64,000 nucleotides of DNA from an uncultured Candidatus Saccharibacteria bacterium. Lineage in GTDB: Bacteria; Patescibacteriota; Saccharimonadia; Saccharimonadales; AWTP1-31. Under the pieces are notes generated by a model. That model saw only the letters and a program-made list of their open reading frames with translations. It did not search any database and had not been told where the DNA came from. Within the stretch, counting starts at the first letter, position 1. Each line of letters opens with the position of its first letter. Both the position numbers and the translations under genes were made by a program. Location of the stretch: contig CAZXLT010000003.1 in assembly GCA_964641545.1 (NCBI GenBank), forward strand, positions 23,818-87,817, in the 5' to 3' direction. Of this stretch, positions 9,506 to 18,358 are shown piece by piece.

Positions 9506-9517
9506 GAGTGCTAGTTT
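9485..9517 (-). terminator. Hairpin downstream of nusA (12 bp stem, 9 nt loop), T-rich on both sides
   Basis: AAACTAGCACTC gtcatgcaa GAGTGCTAGTTT. The minus strand continues GCTACTATTGTTT; the plus strand continues TACTTTT. Confidence 0.45.
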
Positions 9518-9562
9518 TACTTTTGGAGTTTCTGTTGAGCTCTTTTTTAGGAATGTGACTTT

Positions 9563-10720
9563 CTATTCGCCGTGCTCTTCAATCGCTTCAAGAAGGCTGC
9601 TCTCAAGCTGCTCTTTCTTTTTCAGTTTTGGAACCGCAGGCTTTACTGTTTCGGGTTTTGCTTTTGTGACGCTGCTTTCGGTTTTTTCTGGAGCAATATC
9701 AATGTCGTACCCAGTAAGCTTACTTGCAAGGCGTACATTTTGGCCGGCCTTACCAATGGCAATACTCTGTTGGTCTTCTGGTACTAAAACCTCGGCTTTC
9801 TTTTCTGTTTCGTTAATTGTTACTTTGCTGACCTTGGTTGGACTGAGCGCATTAACAATAAACTTCTTCACATCTTCATCCCAAACAACAATATCTATTT
9901 TTTCCTGTTCGCCAACTTCACCCATAACGGCGTTTACGCGAGTTCCATGACCGCCTACAAATGTACCAACTGGATCAACACCAGGTACGCTACTTGCGAC
10001 TGCAATTTTAGATCGAACTCCTGCTTCGCGGGCGATAGTCTTGATCTCAACCGCGCCGCTCTCCATTTCGGGGACTTCGGCACGGAATAAATCTTCAATA
10101 AAGTCGGCGCTACCGCGACTGACAACTAATTGTGGACCACGCATACCTCGTTCAACATCTTTCAAAAACACTTTCAGACGTTGTCCTGGATAATATCGTT
10201 CACCCTGAATCTGCTCACTTTTTGGCATAATACCCTGTGCTTTTCCAAGGTCAATGCGCACAATCATTCCCTCGACGCGAGAAACAATACCATTGATGAT
10301 GGTCCCGATTTTATCGTCATATTCAGCCATAACAATTTCGCGCTCTGCTTCGCGGAGTCGCTGCAAGATTACTTGCTTAGCTGTTTGTGCTGCAACACGT
10401 CCAAAGTTTTCAACTTTTTGATGGATTTCTACCTCTTCACCAATCTTGGCATTTTTTCGAATAGTTTGCGCCTCTCCCAGCTCTATCTCAAAATGTGGGT
10501 CGCCAACACGTTCAACAATTTCTTTGCTAATGTAGGCATCGACCTCGCCATTGTTAAGGTTCATCGTTACACGAACTTCTTGTTCGCGATCACCATAATC
10601 CCGTTTATAAGCTGCGGCAAGCGCTTGTTCGACAATTTCTTGTACTGTTGCTTCAGGCAAATTTTTCTCTTCAGCAATGGTCTTAACAGCCATTGCGAGA
10701 CCTTTCATATCTAGTTCCAT
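9563..10720 (-). CDS. nusA: Transcription termination/antitermination factor NusA
   Basis: N-terminal AVKTIAEEKNLPEATVQEIVEQALAAAYKR, then S1 and two KH regions. An AAGGAG Shine-Dalgarno lies 5 nt upstream of the ATG. Confidence 0.93.
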   Translation of the reverse strand: MELDMKGLAMAVKTIAEEKNLPEATVQEIVEQALAAAYKRDYGDREQEVRVTMNLNNGEVDAYISKEIVERVGDPHFEIELGEAQTIRKNAKIGEEVEIHQKVENFGRVAAQTAKQVILQRLREAEREIVMAEYDDKIGTIINGIVSRVEGMIVRIDLGKAQGIMPKSEQIQGERYYPGQRLKVFLKDVERGMRGPQLVVSRGSADFIEDLFRAEVPEMESGAVEIKTIAREAGVRSKIAVASSVPGVDPVGTFVGGHGTRVNAVMGEVGEQEKIDIVVWDEDVKKFIVNALSPTKVSKVTINETEKKAEVLVPEDQQSIAIGKAGQNVRLASKLTGYDIDIAPEKTESSVTKAKPETVKPAVPKLKKKEQLESSLLEAIEEHGE

Positions 10721-10746
10721 CGTTACTCCTTGTGTGTCAGTTTATG

Positions 10747-10771
10747 AAAAAATCCGGCCAATTGGTCGGAT
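10747..10771 (-). promoter_or_regulatory. Hairpin plus U-tract in the nusA 5' leader (attenuator or terminator-like)
   Basis: Minus-strand RNA is AUCCGACC-AAUU-GGCCGGAU followed by UUUUUU. There is one A-C mismatch in an 8 bp stem. It lies between the predicted promoter and the AAGGAG SD. Confidence 0.3.
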
Positions 10772-10782
10772 CTACTAAAACA

Positions 10783-10810
10783 AGTATACCATACTCTGTG
10801 TTGTGCACAA
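10783..10810 (-). promoter_or_regulatory. nusA promoter: -35 TTGTGC, 16 nt spacer, TGgTATACT
   Basis: Minus strand reads TTGTGCACAACACAGAGTATGGTATACT. The -35 lies within the perfect palindrome TTGTGCACAA (10801-10810). Confidence 0.4.
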
Positions 10811-10835
10811 TACGCCGTTTTCAGTTACGTACCCA

Positions 10836-10844
10836 TGCTAGAAT
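10836..10844 (+). promoter_or_regulatory. Extended -10 TGcTAGAAT, 7 nt upstream of the pepN ATG (leaderless candidate)
   Basis: catgcTAGAATttaatgaATG. No SD. Confidence 0.4.
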
Positions 10845-10851
10845 TTAATGA

Positions 10852-13455
10852 ATGAAGAATGTGCGAAGACTCTATGACCAGTTCCAACCGCAGCATTATA
10901 TTTTGAACCTAGCACCTGACCGTGATGCAATGAAGTTTAAAGGTACAGTTGTTATAAGTGGGCGAAAAGTCGGCCGGCCAAGCCAACGCATAACATTACA
11001 CCAAAAGGATTTAGTGGTCACAAAGGTTCATCTTATACATCACACAAAGACAGGCGATAAAGAGGTGGTCGTGCACCGCACGAACCCACATACCGCTTTT
11101 GATGAAATCCGTTTGCACAGCGAGCACATGATGTACCCGGGCAGCTATACCATTAGTCTTGAATTCAATGGCGTTATTACAAAAGCCATGAATGGCATGT
11201 ATCCTTGTTACTTTACACACGAAGGTAAGGAAAAGATCTTAATTGGAACACAGTTTGAGAGCCACCACGCTCGTGAAGTTTTCCCATGTGTTGACGAACC
11301 AGAAGCTAAAGCAACATTTGATTTAACATTGACGACCCCAGTCGGTGAAGCTGTAGTTTCAAATACGCCTGTTAAATCACAGAAAGTTATTGACGATTCA
11401 CTCGAAACTACGTTTGAACGAACGCCGCATATGAGTACTTACTTACTTGCATTCGTGTATGGTGAGATGGACTTTTTGGAAGCAAAAACAAAAGATGGAG
11501 TCGTCGTACGCACCTATGCAACGCCAGATAACGTTGTTCATACCAAGTTCGCCCTTGAAACAGCGGTGTCTGTACTCGAGTTTTATAACGACTATTTCGG
11601 TATAAAGTACCCGTTAGAAAAGTGCGATATGTTAGCCTTGCCTGATTTTGCCAGTGGAGCAATGGAAAACTGGGGGTGCATAACCTACCGTGAACATGCA
11701 ATGTTGGTTGACCCAGACAACACGAGCCTTGCAAGCAAACAGTTTGTAGCTTTAGTGGTCGCGCATGAGCTGGCTCACCAGTGGTTTGGTAATTTAGTGA
11801 CAATGAAGTGGTGGACTGATCTTTGGCTGAACGAGGGATTTGCAAGTTGGATAGAGTATCTGGCTGTCGATAATTTGCACCCCAGTTGGAAAATGTGGAC
11901 TCAGTTTGTAGTCGACGAACAGCAACAAGGACTTAAGCTTGACGCACTCGAGCACACCCACGCCATAGAAGTACCAATACATCACCCGGATGAAATTAGA
12001 ACGATTTTTGACGCTATTAGTTACAGTAAAGGCAGTAGTGCTATTCATATGCTTCATGAATATCTTGGCGCCAAAGCGTTTCAACAAGGACTACGCTATT
12101 ACCTGAAGAAGCACGCATACAAAAACACAGACACAGTTGATCTATGGCAAGCGCTAGAAGAAACTTCTGGCAAGCCAGTGACTGATTTTATGCATAAGTG
12201 GACAACACAAAGCGGGTTCCCATTGCTTACAGCGACTGTTGACGAGGACACTGTCTCGCTTTCCCAAGAGCGTTTTATGCTTAATTCAAAGGCGAAGGTC
12301 AAACACACAACATGGCCAATTGCCCTACTATCACACGAAGACGTGTTGCCCGAAGTGTTGGATGAAAAAACTGCAAGCATTCAGCTAAAACAAACCTCAC
12401 ACCTTAAACTCAATCAGGGTCAGAGTGGTTTTTATCGGGTTAGCTATAACGCGACTCATCTTGAAGGCTTGGCTAGTCAAATCAAGCGTGGGCACCTCGA
12501 ACCTCTGGATCGGCTTGGTATCTTGTCTGATGTATTTGAAGCTGCCAAAGCCGGGAAGAACGACACTGCTGAAGCACTACATTTACTCGCATCGTTTGAA
12601 AATGAGGACGATAACGCCGTCTGGGATGTAATTGCCACCAATCTTTCTAGCGTTCGTCACGTCATGAACAACGACGAAATCCGTGAGAATATGAAACATT
12701 TCGTGCGAAAGCTTGTCCATAGTCAACGAAAACGACTGGGATGGAAGCCTAAGCCACATGAGTCTCACTTTGATCGCTTACTGCGACCCACAATCCTGGG
12801 CATGGCAGCGCTTGCCGACGAAAAGGAAGTTGTCGAAAAAGCACTTCGCCTTTTTAAATCCATGCACGAACCGGACGATCTCGGTGTTGAGCTCAGAACT
12901 GCAAATATGCCAACAACCTTACGAAGTGGAGGTATTGACCCAGACATGAGAGGCGTGGTGTATGGCACGGCAGCCAGACACGGAGGCGCATTAACCTTTA
13001 ATAAACTTGTTCAAATGCATAATGATTCAAAGTTTAGCGAAGAACGTCTCAACCTTTGTTCTGCTATTTGCGGTTTTGAAGATCCTGAGCTTATCCAAAA
13101 AGCTTTGGAAATGATACGCAGTGACCACGTGCGCTTGCAAGATGTTGCGTATTGGTTGGTTTATAGTTTTGCCAACAGACATGCACGACAGGCGACATGG
13201 GAGTGGATGGTGAAAAACTGGAGATGGCTAGAAAAGAATCTTGGTAATGACTTGTCATTTTATCGTTTTCCCATATATGCAGGACGGGCATTTAGTGATG
13301 CAAAATTTTTGCCAACATTTAGGAATTTTTTTGACAAGCATATGTCTCCAGCTTTTGAGCGAAGTATTAACCAAGGCATCGAGACAATCGAGTGGCAGGC
13401 AGCCTGGCGAGAACGAGACGAAAAGCTTGTCCACGCTTTCTTTAAAAATCAGTAA
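10852..13455 (+). CDS. pepN: Aminopeptidase N (M1 family metallopeptidase)
   Basis: GAMENWG exopeptidase motif and HELAHQWFGNLVTMKWWTDLWLNEGFA (HExxH-18-E). Confidence 0.93.
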   Translation: MKNVRRLYDQFQPQHYILNLAPDRDAMKFKGTVVISGRKVGRPSQRITLHQKDLVVTKVHLIHHTKTGDKEVVVHRTNPHTAFDEIRLHSEHMMYPGSYTISLEFNGVITKAMNGMYPCYFTHEGKEKILIGTQFESHHAREVFPCVDEPEAKATFDLTLTTPVGEAVVSNTPVKSQKVIDDSLETTFERTPHMSTYLLAFVYGEMDFLEAKTKDGVVVRTYATPDNVVHTKFALETAVSVLEFYNDYFGIKYPLEKCDMLALPDFASGAMENWGCITYREHAMLVDPDNTSLASKQFVALVVAHELAHQWFGNLVTMKWWTDLWLNEGFASWIEYLAVDNLHPSWKMWTQFVVDEQQQGLKLDALEHTHAIEVPIHHPDEIRTIFDAISYSKGSSAIHMLHEYLGAKAFQQGLRYYLKKHAYKNTDTVDLWQALEETSGKPVTDFMHKWTTQSGFPLLTATVDEDTVSLSQERFMLNSKAKVKHTTWPIALLSHEDVLPEVLDEKTASIQLKQTSHLKLNQGQSGFYRVSYNATHLEGLASQIKRGHLEPLDRLGILSDVFEAAKAGKNDTAEALHLLASFENEDDNAVWDVIATNLSSVRHVMNNDEIRENMKHFVRKLVHSQRKRLGWKPKPHESHFDRLLRPTILGMAALADEKEVVEKALRLFKSMHEPDDLGVELRTANMPTTLRSGGIDPDMRGVVYGTAARHGGALTFNKLVQMHNDSKFSEERLNLCSAICGFEDPELIQKALEMIRSDHVRLQDVAYWLVYSFANRHARQATWEWMVKNWRWLEKNLGNDLSFYRFPIYAGRAFSDAKFLPTFRNFFDKHMSPAFERSINQGIETIEWQAAWRERDEKLVHAFFKNQ

Positions 13456-13774
13456 CTAACTCTCCTACACGAAAGTCGCTACCAGAAACCTCAACGGCAG
13501 CAAGTTGATAACCACCTTCCCAATTATGCTCATGTACCCATGTTTCCGCTGCGAGGGTCATCTGTTGAAGTTTTGAACGCGTGATGTACTCTAGACCCGA
13601 TCCTTGCGTGTCCGTCTTTCGATACTTTACTTCTACAAAATATATCTGATCACCGCGCCTCGCAACTATGTCTATCTCGCAGCGAGGAGTTTTCCAGTTC
13701 CGAGCCACAACACGCCAACCAAGACCGGAAAGGTGTTTTGCTACTTTATCTTCCGCTTCCTGTCCAGAATTCAT
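13442..13774 (-). CDS. yraN: YraN family (UPF0102) endonuclease-like protein
   Basis: AEDKVAKHL...WKTPRCEIDIVARRGDQIYFVEVKYR. Start set to ATG 13772-13774, just after the rnhB stop. The 3' end overlaps the pepN 3' end by 14 nt. Confidence 0.8.
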   Translation of the reverse strand: MNSGQEAEDKVAKHLSGLGWRVVARNWKTPRCEIDIVARRGDQIYFVEVKYRKTDTQGSGLEYITRSKLQQMTLAAETWVHEHNWEGGYQLAAVEVSGSDFRVGELVTDF

Positions 13775-13778
13775 TACG

Positions 13779-14330
13779 CTACCGCACCAGGGCCTTAACT
13801 GGCTTGTAGCTTTTCCGATGAATCTCACACGGACCAAGAGCGCGAAGCGCTTCACGGTGAGCTGCCGTGCCATAGCCAACATGCTTAAAAAATCCATACC
13901 CAGGAAACTGAAGATCTTTTTGGGCCATGTAATGATCTCGTGCCACTTTCGCTACAATACTTGCTGCGCTCACCGCAGGTACACTTTGGTCCGCACGAAC
14001 CACTGCTCGAGAATTACGTAAACCCGAAAGAAAGTTATAAGACCCGTCAACTATGAGATCCTCGTATTGTTGTATGCCTTCCACGGCGCGGTACATAGCC
14101 AGCCTAACAGCCTCCGTCAAGCCAAGCGTATCAATTTCTTTATTCGTTACCCAGCCAAGACTAACTGCGCGCGCTTTTTCCCAAATTTGACGACTCAAGT
14201 CTGCCCTTTTCTTCTTCGTTAACACTTTTGAGTCTGCTAAACCGGCAATGGACTCTTCCAGAATAACCGCTCCTGCAACAAGTGGACCAGCCCAAGAACC
14301 TCTGCCCGCTTCATCAACCCCGAGAATCAT
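13779..14330 (-). CDS. rnhB: Ribonuclease HII
   Basis: MILGVDEAGRGSWAGPLVAGAV (DEAGRG catalytic motif); the full length resembles RNase HII. Confidence 0.92.
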   Translation of the reverse strand: MILGVDEAGRGSWAGPLVAGAVILEESIAGLADSKVLTKKKRADLSRQIWEKARAVSLGWVTNKEIDTLGLTEAVRLAMYRAVEGIQQYEDLIVDGSYNFLSGLRNSRAVVRADQSVPAVSAASIVAKVARDHYMAQKDLQFPGYGFFKHVGYGTAAHREALRALGPCEIHRKSYKPVKALVR

Positions 14331-14340
14331 GCTGTAATAA

Positions 14341-14370
14341 TAACAAAAATCACCTCATCTCAGGTGATTT
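14341..14370 (-). terminator. Rho-independent terminator after rplS
   Basis: Minus strand reads AAATCACCT-GAGATG-AGGTGATTT followed by TTGTTATTATT. 9 bp stem, 21 nt after the rplS stop. Confidence 0.6.
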
Positions 14371-14391
14371 AAGTTGTAATTTCAGATTGAA

Positions 14392-14919
14392 TTATTTTGC
14401 AGGTTCGTCGTGCTGTGCAAGCGCAGCTTCAACTTTTGCGTCGTTCTTAGCCTCTTCTTCGGCTTTCTTTGCAGCTTCTGCTTCGTGCTGCTTTGCGGCG
14501 GCTTCTTTAGCTTCTTTCTCGGCAGCTTCAGCGGCTTCGTCTGGCGGTAATTCGTTAACAGCCTTCTTGTTAAACTCTACTCCGCTCAATCGTGCTGATT
14601 TACCGGTACGTTCTCGCATGTACGTGAGGTAGTTTCGGCGCACCTTACTACGTTTTGTGACTTCAATTTTAGTAACAAGCGGTGAGTGCAGGAGGTATGT
14701 CTTTTCTACTCCGATACCGCTAGCGATTCTGCGTACTGTGACTGTAGCAGTTAGGCTTTGTTTACGGCTAACACGAATAACAATGCCCTCAAACACCTGG
14801 ATACGGCTTTTATTACCTTCCTGAATTTTTTGGTGAACACGAACTGTATCACCTGGCATAACGTCAACTACCGCGTGCTTTTTGTACTTGGCTTCAATTT
14901 TCTGAACAATAGATTGCAT
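14392..14919 (-). CDS. rplS: 50S ribosomal protein L19 with Ala/Glu/Lys-rich C-terminal tail
   Basis: L19 core VDVMPGDTVRVHQKIQEGNKSRIQVFEGIVI...RRNYLTYMRER, followed by a ~60 aa charged low-complexity tail. ATG 14917-14919 is preferred over TTG 14923-14925. Confidence 0.92.
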   Translation of the reverse strand: MQSIVQKIEAKYKKHAVVDVMPGDTVRVHQKIQEGNKSRIQVFEGIVIRVSRKQSLTATVTVRRIASGIGVEKTYLLHSPLVTKIEVTKRSKVRRNYLTYMRERTGKSARLSGVEFNKKAVNELPPDEAAEAAEKEAKEAAAKQHEAEAAKKAEEEAKNDAKVEAALAQHDEPAK

Positions 14920-15006
14920 AATCAATAAACCTTACACTATTTTTGGCTTGAATTCAAGTATATCACATCTGTTGTGAGAATGAAATATACTCGCAGCTCG
15001 AAAAGC

Positions 15007-15012
15007 TATATT
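15007..15012 (+). promoter_or_regulatory. -10 TATATT, 8 nt upstream of the malic enzyme ATG (leaderless candidate)
   Basis: gcTATATTatgtcactATG. No SD. Confidence 0.35.
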
Positions 15013-15020
15013 ATGTCACT

Positions 15021-16154
15021 ATGGATTACGCTAAATTAGCTTTGCAACAACACAAAGAACTACACGGTAAAATTGCAATTTCCTTGAAAGATAACCTTGA
15101 TTCCAAAGATAAACTCAGCATTCACTACACGCCAGGTGTTGGTGCAGTTAGCAGTTACGTCGCCAAACATCCTGAGAAAACGCGTGAGTACACATGGCTC
15201 AACAATAACGTTGCAGTAATAAGTGATGGCTCTGCTGTTTTGGGCCTGGGTAATATTGGACCAAACGGGGCATTACCGGTTATGGAAGGCAAGGCAATGT
15301 TATTCAAACACTTTGCTCATGTTGACGCCGTACCAATAGTGCTGAACGTCCATACAGCCGATGAAATCGTCAACGCAGTTACCGCCATAGCACCGAGCTT
15401 CGGTGGCATCAATCTTGAAGACATTGCGGCACCAATATGCTTTGAGGTAGAAGAGCGACTCAAAAAACAACTATCCATTCCCGTGTTTCATGACGACCAG
15501 CATGGCACGGCAATTGTAGTATTAGCAGCGCTTATTAACGCCATGAAAATTACAGGAAAAACTTTATCAGATTGTCGTATTGTATGCGTTGGAGCCGGTG
15601 CTGCAGGCGTAGCAATAATGAAGCTACTGAGTCATTATTCCAGCCCAAGTATACTTGCTGTTGACAGCAGAGGTATCATCAGTGCACATCGCACAGATCT
15701 AAATGAAGAAAAACGAAAACTGCTCGAGTTTACCAACAAAAAGAATGTTTCAGGCGACCTAAACATCGCGTTACAAGGTGCTGATGTATTCATTGGCGTA
15801 TCTAAAGCTGGATTATTATCTATAGAGATGGTGAAAACAATGGCAAAAGACCCAATCATCTTTGCTATGGCAAACCCAATACCTGAAATTATGCCAGAAG
15901 AAGCAAAAGAAGCAGGTGTTGCTGTCATGGCAACTGGCAGAAGCGACTTTCCCAATCAAGTCAACAACGCATTGGCGTTTCCAGGAATATTTCGAGGTGC
16001 CCTAGACAATAACGTGACAAAAATTACAGATGCCCACAAAGTAGCAGTTGCCAAAATAATTGCCGACCTCGTTGACCATCCATCGCCCGAGAATATTATT
16101 CCCAGCGTGCTAGACGAACGGCTCGTCCCAACTATTGCAAAAACTATTGTTTAG
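15021..16154 (+). CDS. NAD(P)-dependent malic enzyme, short type without PTA domain
   Basis: [43 protein letters not shown], and GAGAAG dinucleotide site. Confidence 0.88.
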   Translation: MDYAKLALQQHKELHGKIAISLKDNLDSKDKLSIHYTPGVGAVSSYVAKHPEKTREYTWLNNNVAVISDGSAVLGLGNIGPNGALPVMEGKAMLFKHFAHVDAVPIVLNVHTADEIVNAVTAIAPSFGGINLEDIAAPICFEVEERLKKQLSIPVFHDDQHGTAIVVLAALINAMKITGKTLSDCRIVCVGAGAAGVAIMKLLSHYSSPSILAVDSRGIISAHRTDLNEEKRKLLEFTNKKNVSGDLNIALQGADVFIGVSKAGLLSIEMVKTMAKDPIIFAMANPIPEIMPEEAKEAGVAVMATGRSDFPNQVNNALAFPGIFRGALDNNVTKITDAHKVAVAKIIADLVDHPSPENIIPSVLDERLVPTIAKTIV

Positions 16155-16163
16155 TCCCGATAT

Positions 16164-17768
16164 TTAGCCAAGAACTCGGAAGACTTCTTCTACGGTGGTT
16201 TGTCCACTAATTAGTTTGAAGAGTGCGTTGTGAAGCATTGTCAGCATGCCGCCTTCTATCGCTGCTTGTTCAATATGTTGCGTACTAACATCTGTTCGTT
16301 TTTCTTGCATCATTGAGCGCAATCTATCAGTCATGACCAGTTGTTCTCTCAAAGCCAATTGTCCTTTGTAGCCAAAAGGATTTTCTTCTGACTTACCAGG
16401 TTTGTATAGCTGAAGACCAGTGAGGTTTGGTTTTTGTACACTAGCAGGCAGAGAGTCGACTATTTTTTGCAATCGACTCAGGATTGCTGGGTCAGGTGCG
16501 TAGGGTATCTTGGTGGCATCATCAAGGCGCCGCACTAAGCGCTGTGCCATAACCAGGCGTATTGCTGACACAAACAGTGGGTTTTCTCCTATGACATCCA
16601 TCATACGTGTAAGCGCCGCAGACGCAGAACTCGCGTGAAAGGTTGATAGCACTAAATGACCTGTTAATGAGGCTTGCATAGCTGTTTTTGCAGTATCCAT
16701 GTCTCGTATTTCTCCAAGCATCACAATGTCAGGGTCAAGGCGAAGTACCGCACGCAGCTTTTCAGCAAACTTTGCTTGCTCGCTATTTTTGGAGGTGACC
16801 GAAACCTGTGTTATCCCACTAAACTGATACTCTACAGGATCTTCAATTGTGATTATTTTTCGTTCATCATTATTAAGAGAGTTGAGGACGGAGTACAGTG
16901 TCGTTGTTTTACCTGAGCCGGTCGGTCCAACTGCTAGTACAAGCCCGCTTGGTTTTTGAATAATTCCTTCAAGAACCGCTCGTTCGGCGGCAGACAGACC
17001 AAGTCGATCCAGGTTGTACATTTTGCTTTCCATATTAAATAAGCGCATAACAATGTCCATGCCATTAATAGCGGGTACGGTTTCTACGCGTAGGTTTACA
17101 TCAACCATTTCCCCGTCAGCCATCTTAATCTTTTGTGCGATATGACCTTGCTGAGCCTCATCGGCGCTTGTTGAGACGTTTGCAGCGCTAGCAATGGCTG
17201 AGATAAGCATCCTGCTTCGTTCACGACTAATTTGTGCGACTGGGTGTAGTACGCCATCTATACGAAAGCGAATTCTTACAAAGTTAGGTTGATTTTCAAC
17301 ATGAATGTCCGAGGCGCTTAACTTGTGTGCTTGCTGGGTTAAGTAGGCAAGCATATCATCAGCTCGAACCTGGTCTAGTGTCGCTGAAACTTTTTGAATC
17401 AACGATTCTTGATCTGCAGCACCAATTGTGATGTCTTGGTAAATAATTTTTTTTGGTGGATCATACAAAGCCATATACTCTCGGAAACCCGCGTCTGAGA
17501 CCAAACTAAAGTCTACTTTTTGATCAAGAAACTGCTGTTTTAACTGGCGTAGGGTCTGTTGAGATGTGGTATTAGTAATGCCAAAGTTAATTGCGTGTTC
17601 TGCGTAATACAGTGGAATAACACGCTTAGAGTACATCTCCTGGGTCGGAATGAGGTCTTTATACAGTGTTTTATCGCCTGGTTGGGATGTGTCAGTATAA
17701 TCAAGACCAAGAATCCGAGCACGTCGCTGGGTTGATTGTTCTTCGTCGGCACGAGCGTTTTGACTCAT
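16164..17768 (-). CDS. pilB: Type IV pilus / type II secretion assembly ATPase (PilB/GspE family)
   Basis: N-terminal T2SSE_N-like domain, Walker A GPTGSGKTTT, Walker B, and His box TGHLVLSTFH. Confidence 0.88.
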   Translation of the reverse strand: MSQNARADEEQSTQRRARILGLDYTDTSQPGDKTLYKDLIPTQEMYSKRVIPLYYAEHAINFGITNTTSQQTLRQLKQQFLDQKVDFSLVSDAGFREYMALYDPPKKIIYQDITIGAADQESLIQKVSATLDQVRADDMLAYLTQQAHKLSASDIHVENQPNFVRIRFRIDGVLHPVAQISRERSRMLISAIASAANVSTSADEAQQGHIAQKIKMADGEMVDVNLRVETVPAINGMDIVMRLFNMESKMYNLDRLGLSAAERAVLEGIIQKPSGLVLAVGPTGSGKTTTLYSVLNSLNNDERKIITIEDPVEYQFSGITQVSVTSKNSEQAKFAEKLRAVLRLDPDIVMLGEIRDMDTAKTAMQASLTGHLVLSTFHASSASAALTRMMDVIGENPLFVSAIRLVMAQRLVRRLDDATKIPYAPDPAILSRLQKIVDSLPASVQKPNLTGLQLYKPGKSEENPFGYKGQLALREQLVMTDRLRSMMQEKRTDVSTQHIEQAAIEGGMLTMLHNALFKLISGQTTVEEVFRVLG

Positions 17769-17774
17769 GCATAT

Positions 17775-17780
17775 AGTATA
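17775..17780 (-). promoter_or_regulatory. -10 TATACT, 6 nt upstream of the pilB ATG (leaderless candidate)
   Basis: Minus strand reads TTTATACTATATGCATG. Confidence 0.4.
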
Positions 17781-17811
17781 AATGCTTGTGCTTTTTTATG
17801 CACGACTGGAT

Positions 17812-17817
17812 TACAAT
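17812..17817 (+). promoter_or_regulatory. -10 TACAAT, 6 nt upstream of the trmH-family ATG (leaderless candidate)
   Basis: gatTACAATgcagatATG. Confidence 0.4.
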
Positions 17818-17823
17818 GCAGAT

Positions 17824-18318
17824 ATGCGAAAAATAGTTATTATTGCACACGACATAAGAAGTGCCCACAATGTAGGCGCGCTTTTACGAACAGCAGACTG
17901 TATGGGAGTCTCGGCAATCTATTTTACGGGGTATACTCCTTTTCCGAGAGTGTCTAATGACCCACGTCTCCCACACCAAATCCAAAATACTACAGCAAAG
18001 ATTGCCAAAACTGCTCTGGGCGCAGAGCGTACAGTAAACTTGTGTGTTGAAGATGATGTTAACGCTCTTATACGTAAACTAAAAAAACGGTATCAGCTCA
18101 TTGCACTCGAACAGCACAAAAACAGTAAAAAACTGCCTGACTTTAGTACTAATAAAGATGTCGCACTATTACTCGGGCGCGAAGTCGAAGGAATAGATGA
18201 AAAACTACTTTCTTCTTGCGATGATGTAGTTGAAATTCCAATATTAGGTAGTAAGGAGTCCCTTAACGTCACGCAAGCTGCGGCAATTGCGTTGTATCAT
18301 TTCAGATTTGTTATATAG
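17824..18318 (+). CDS. SpoU/TrmH family RNA 2'-O-methyltransferase
   Basis: HNVGALLRTADCMGV and C-terminal knot region IPILGSKESLNVTQAAAIALY. Start set to ATG 17824 (MRKIVIIAHD). Confidence 0.85.
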   Translation: MRKIVIIAHDIRSAHNVGALLRTADCMGVSAIYFTGYTPFPRVSNDPRLPHQIQNTTAKIAKTALGAERTVNLCVEDDVNALIRKLKKRYQLIALEQHKNSKKLPDFSTNKDVALLLGREVEGIDEKLLSSCDDVVEIPILGSKESLNVTQAAAIALYHFRFVI

Positions 18319-18344
18319 CATTAGCGTTTCATTCTCGCATGAGT

Positions 18345-18350
18345 TAGAAT
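18345..18350 (+). promoter_or_regulatory. -10 TAGAAT, 8 nt upstream of the CAP-domain gene ATG (leaderless candidate)
   Basis: gagtTAGAATtggatcatATG. Confidence 0.4.
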
Positions 18351-18358
18351 TGGATCAT

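Noticed and set aside
10130-10714. 194 aa plus-strand ORF antisense to nusA, and similar long antisense ORFs at 7030-7578, 9555-9950, 24164-24595, 31822-32355 and 43107-43487
   Set aside because: Each lies entirely inside a gene with strong, motif-supported homology on the other strand. Their translations are low-complexity or hydrophobic, lack motifs, and have no promoter or SD. These are typical shadow ORFs.
14400-14580. GCN/GAA-rich repetitive DNA that looked like a tandem repeat
   Set aside because: It encodes the Ala/Glu/Lys tail of L19 in frame. The periodicity is codon-level low complexity, not a repeat element or array.
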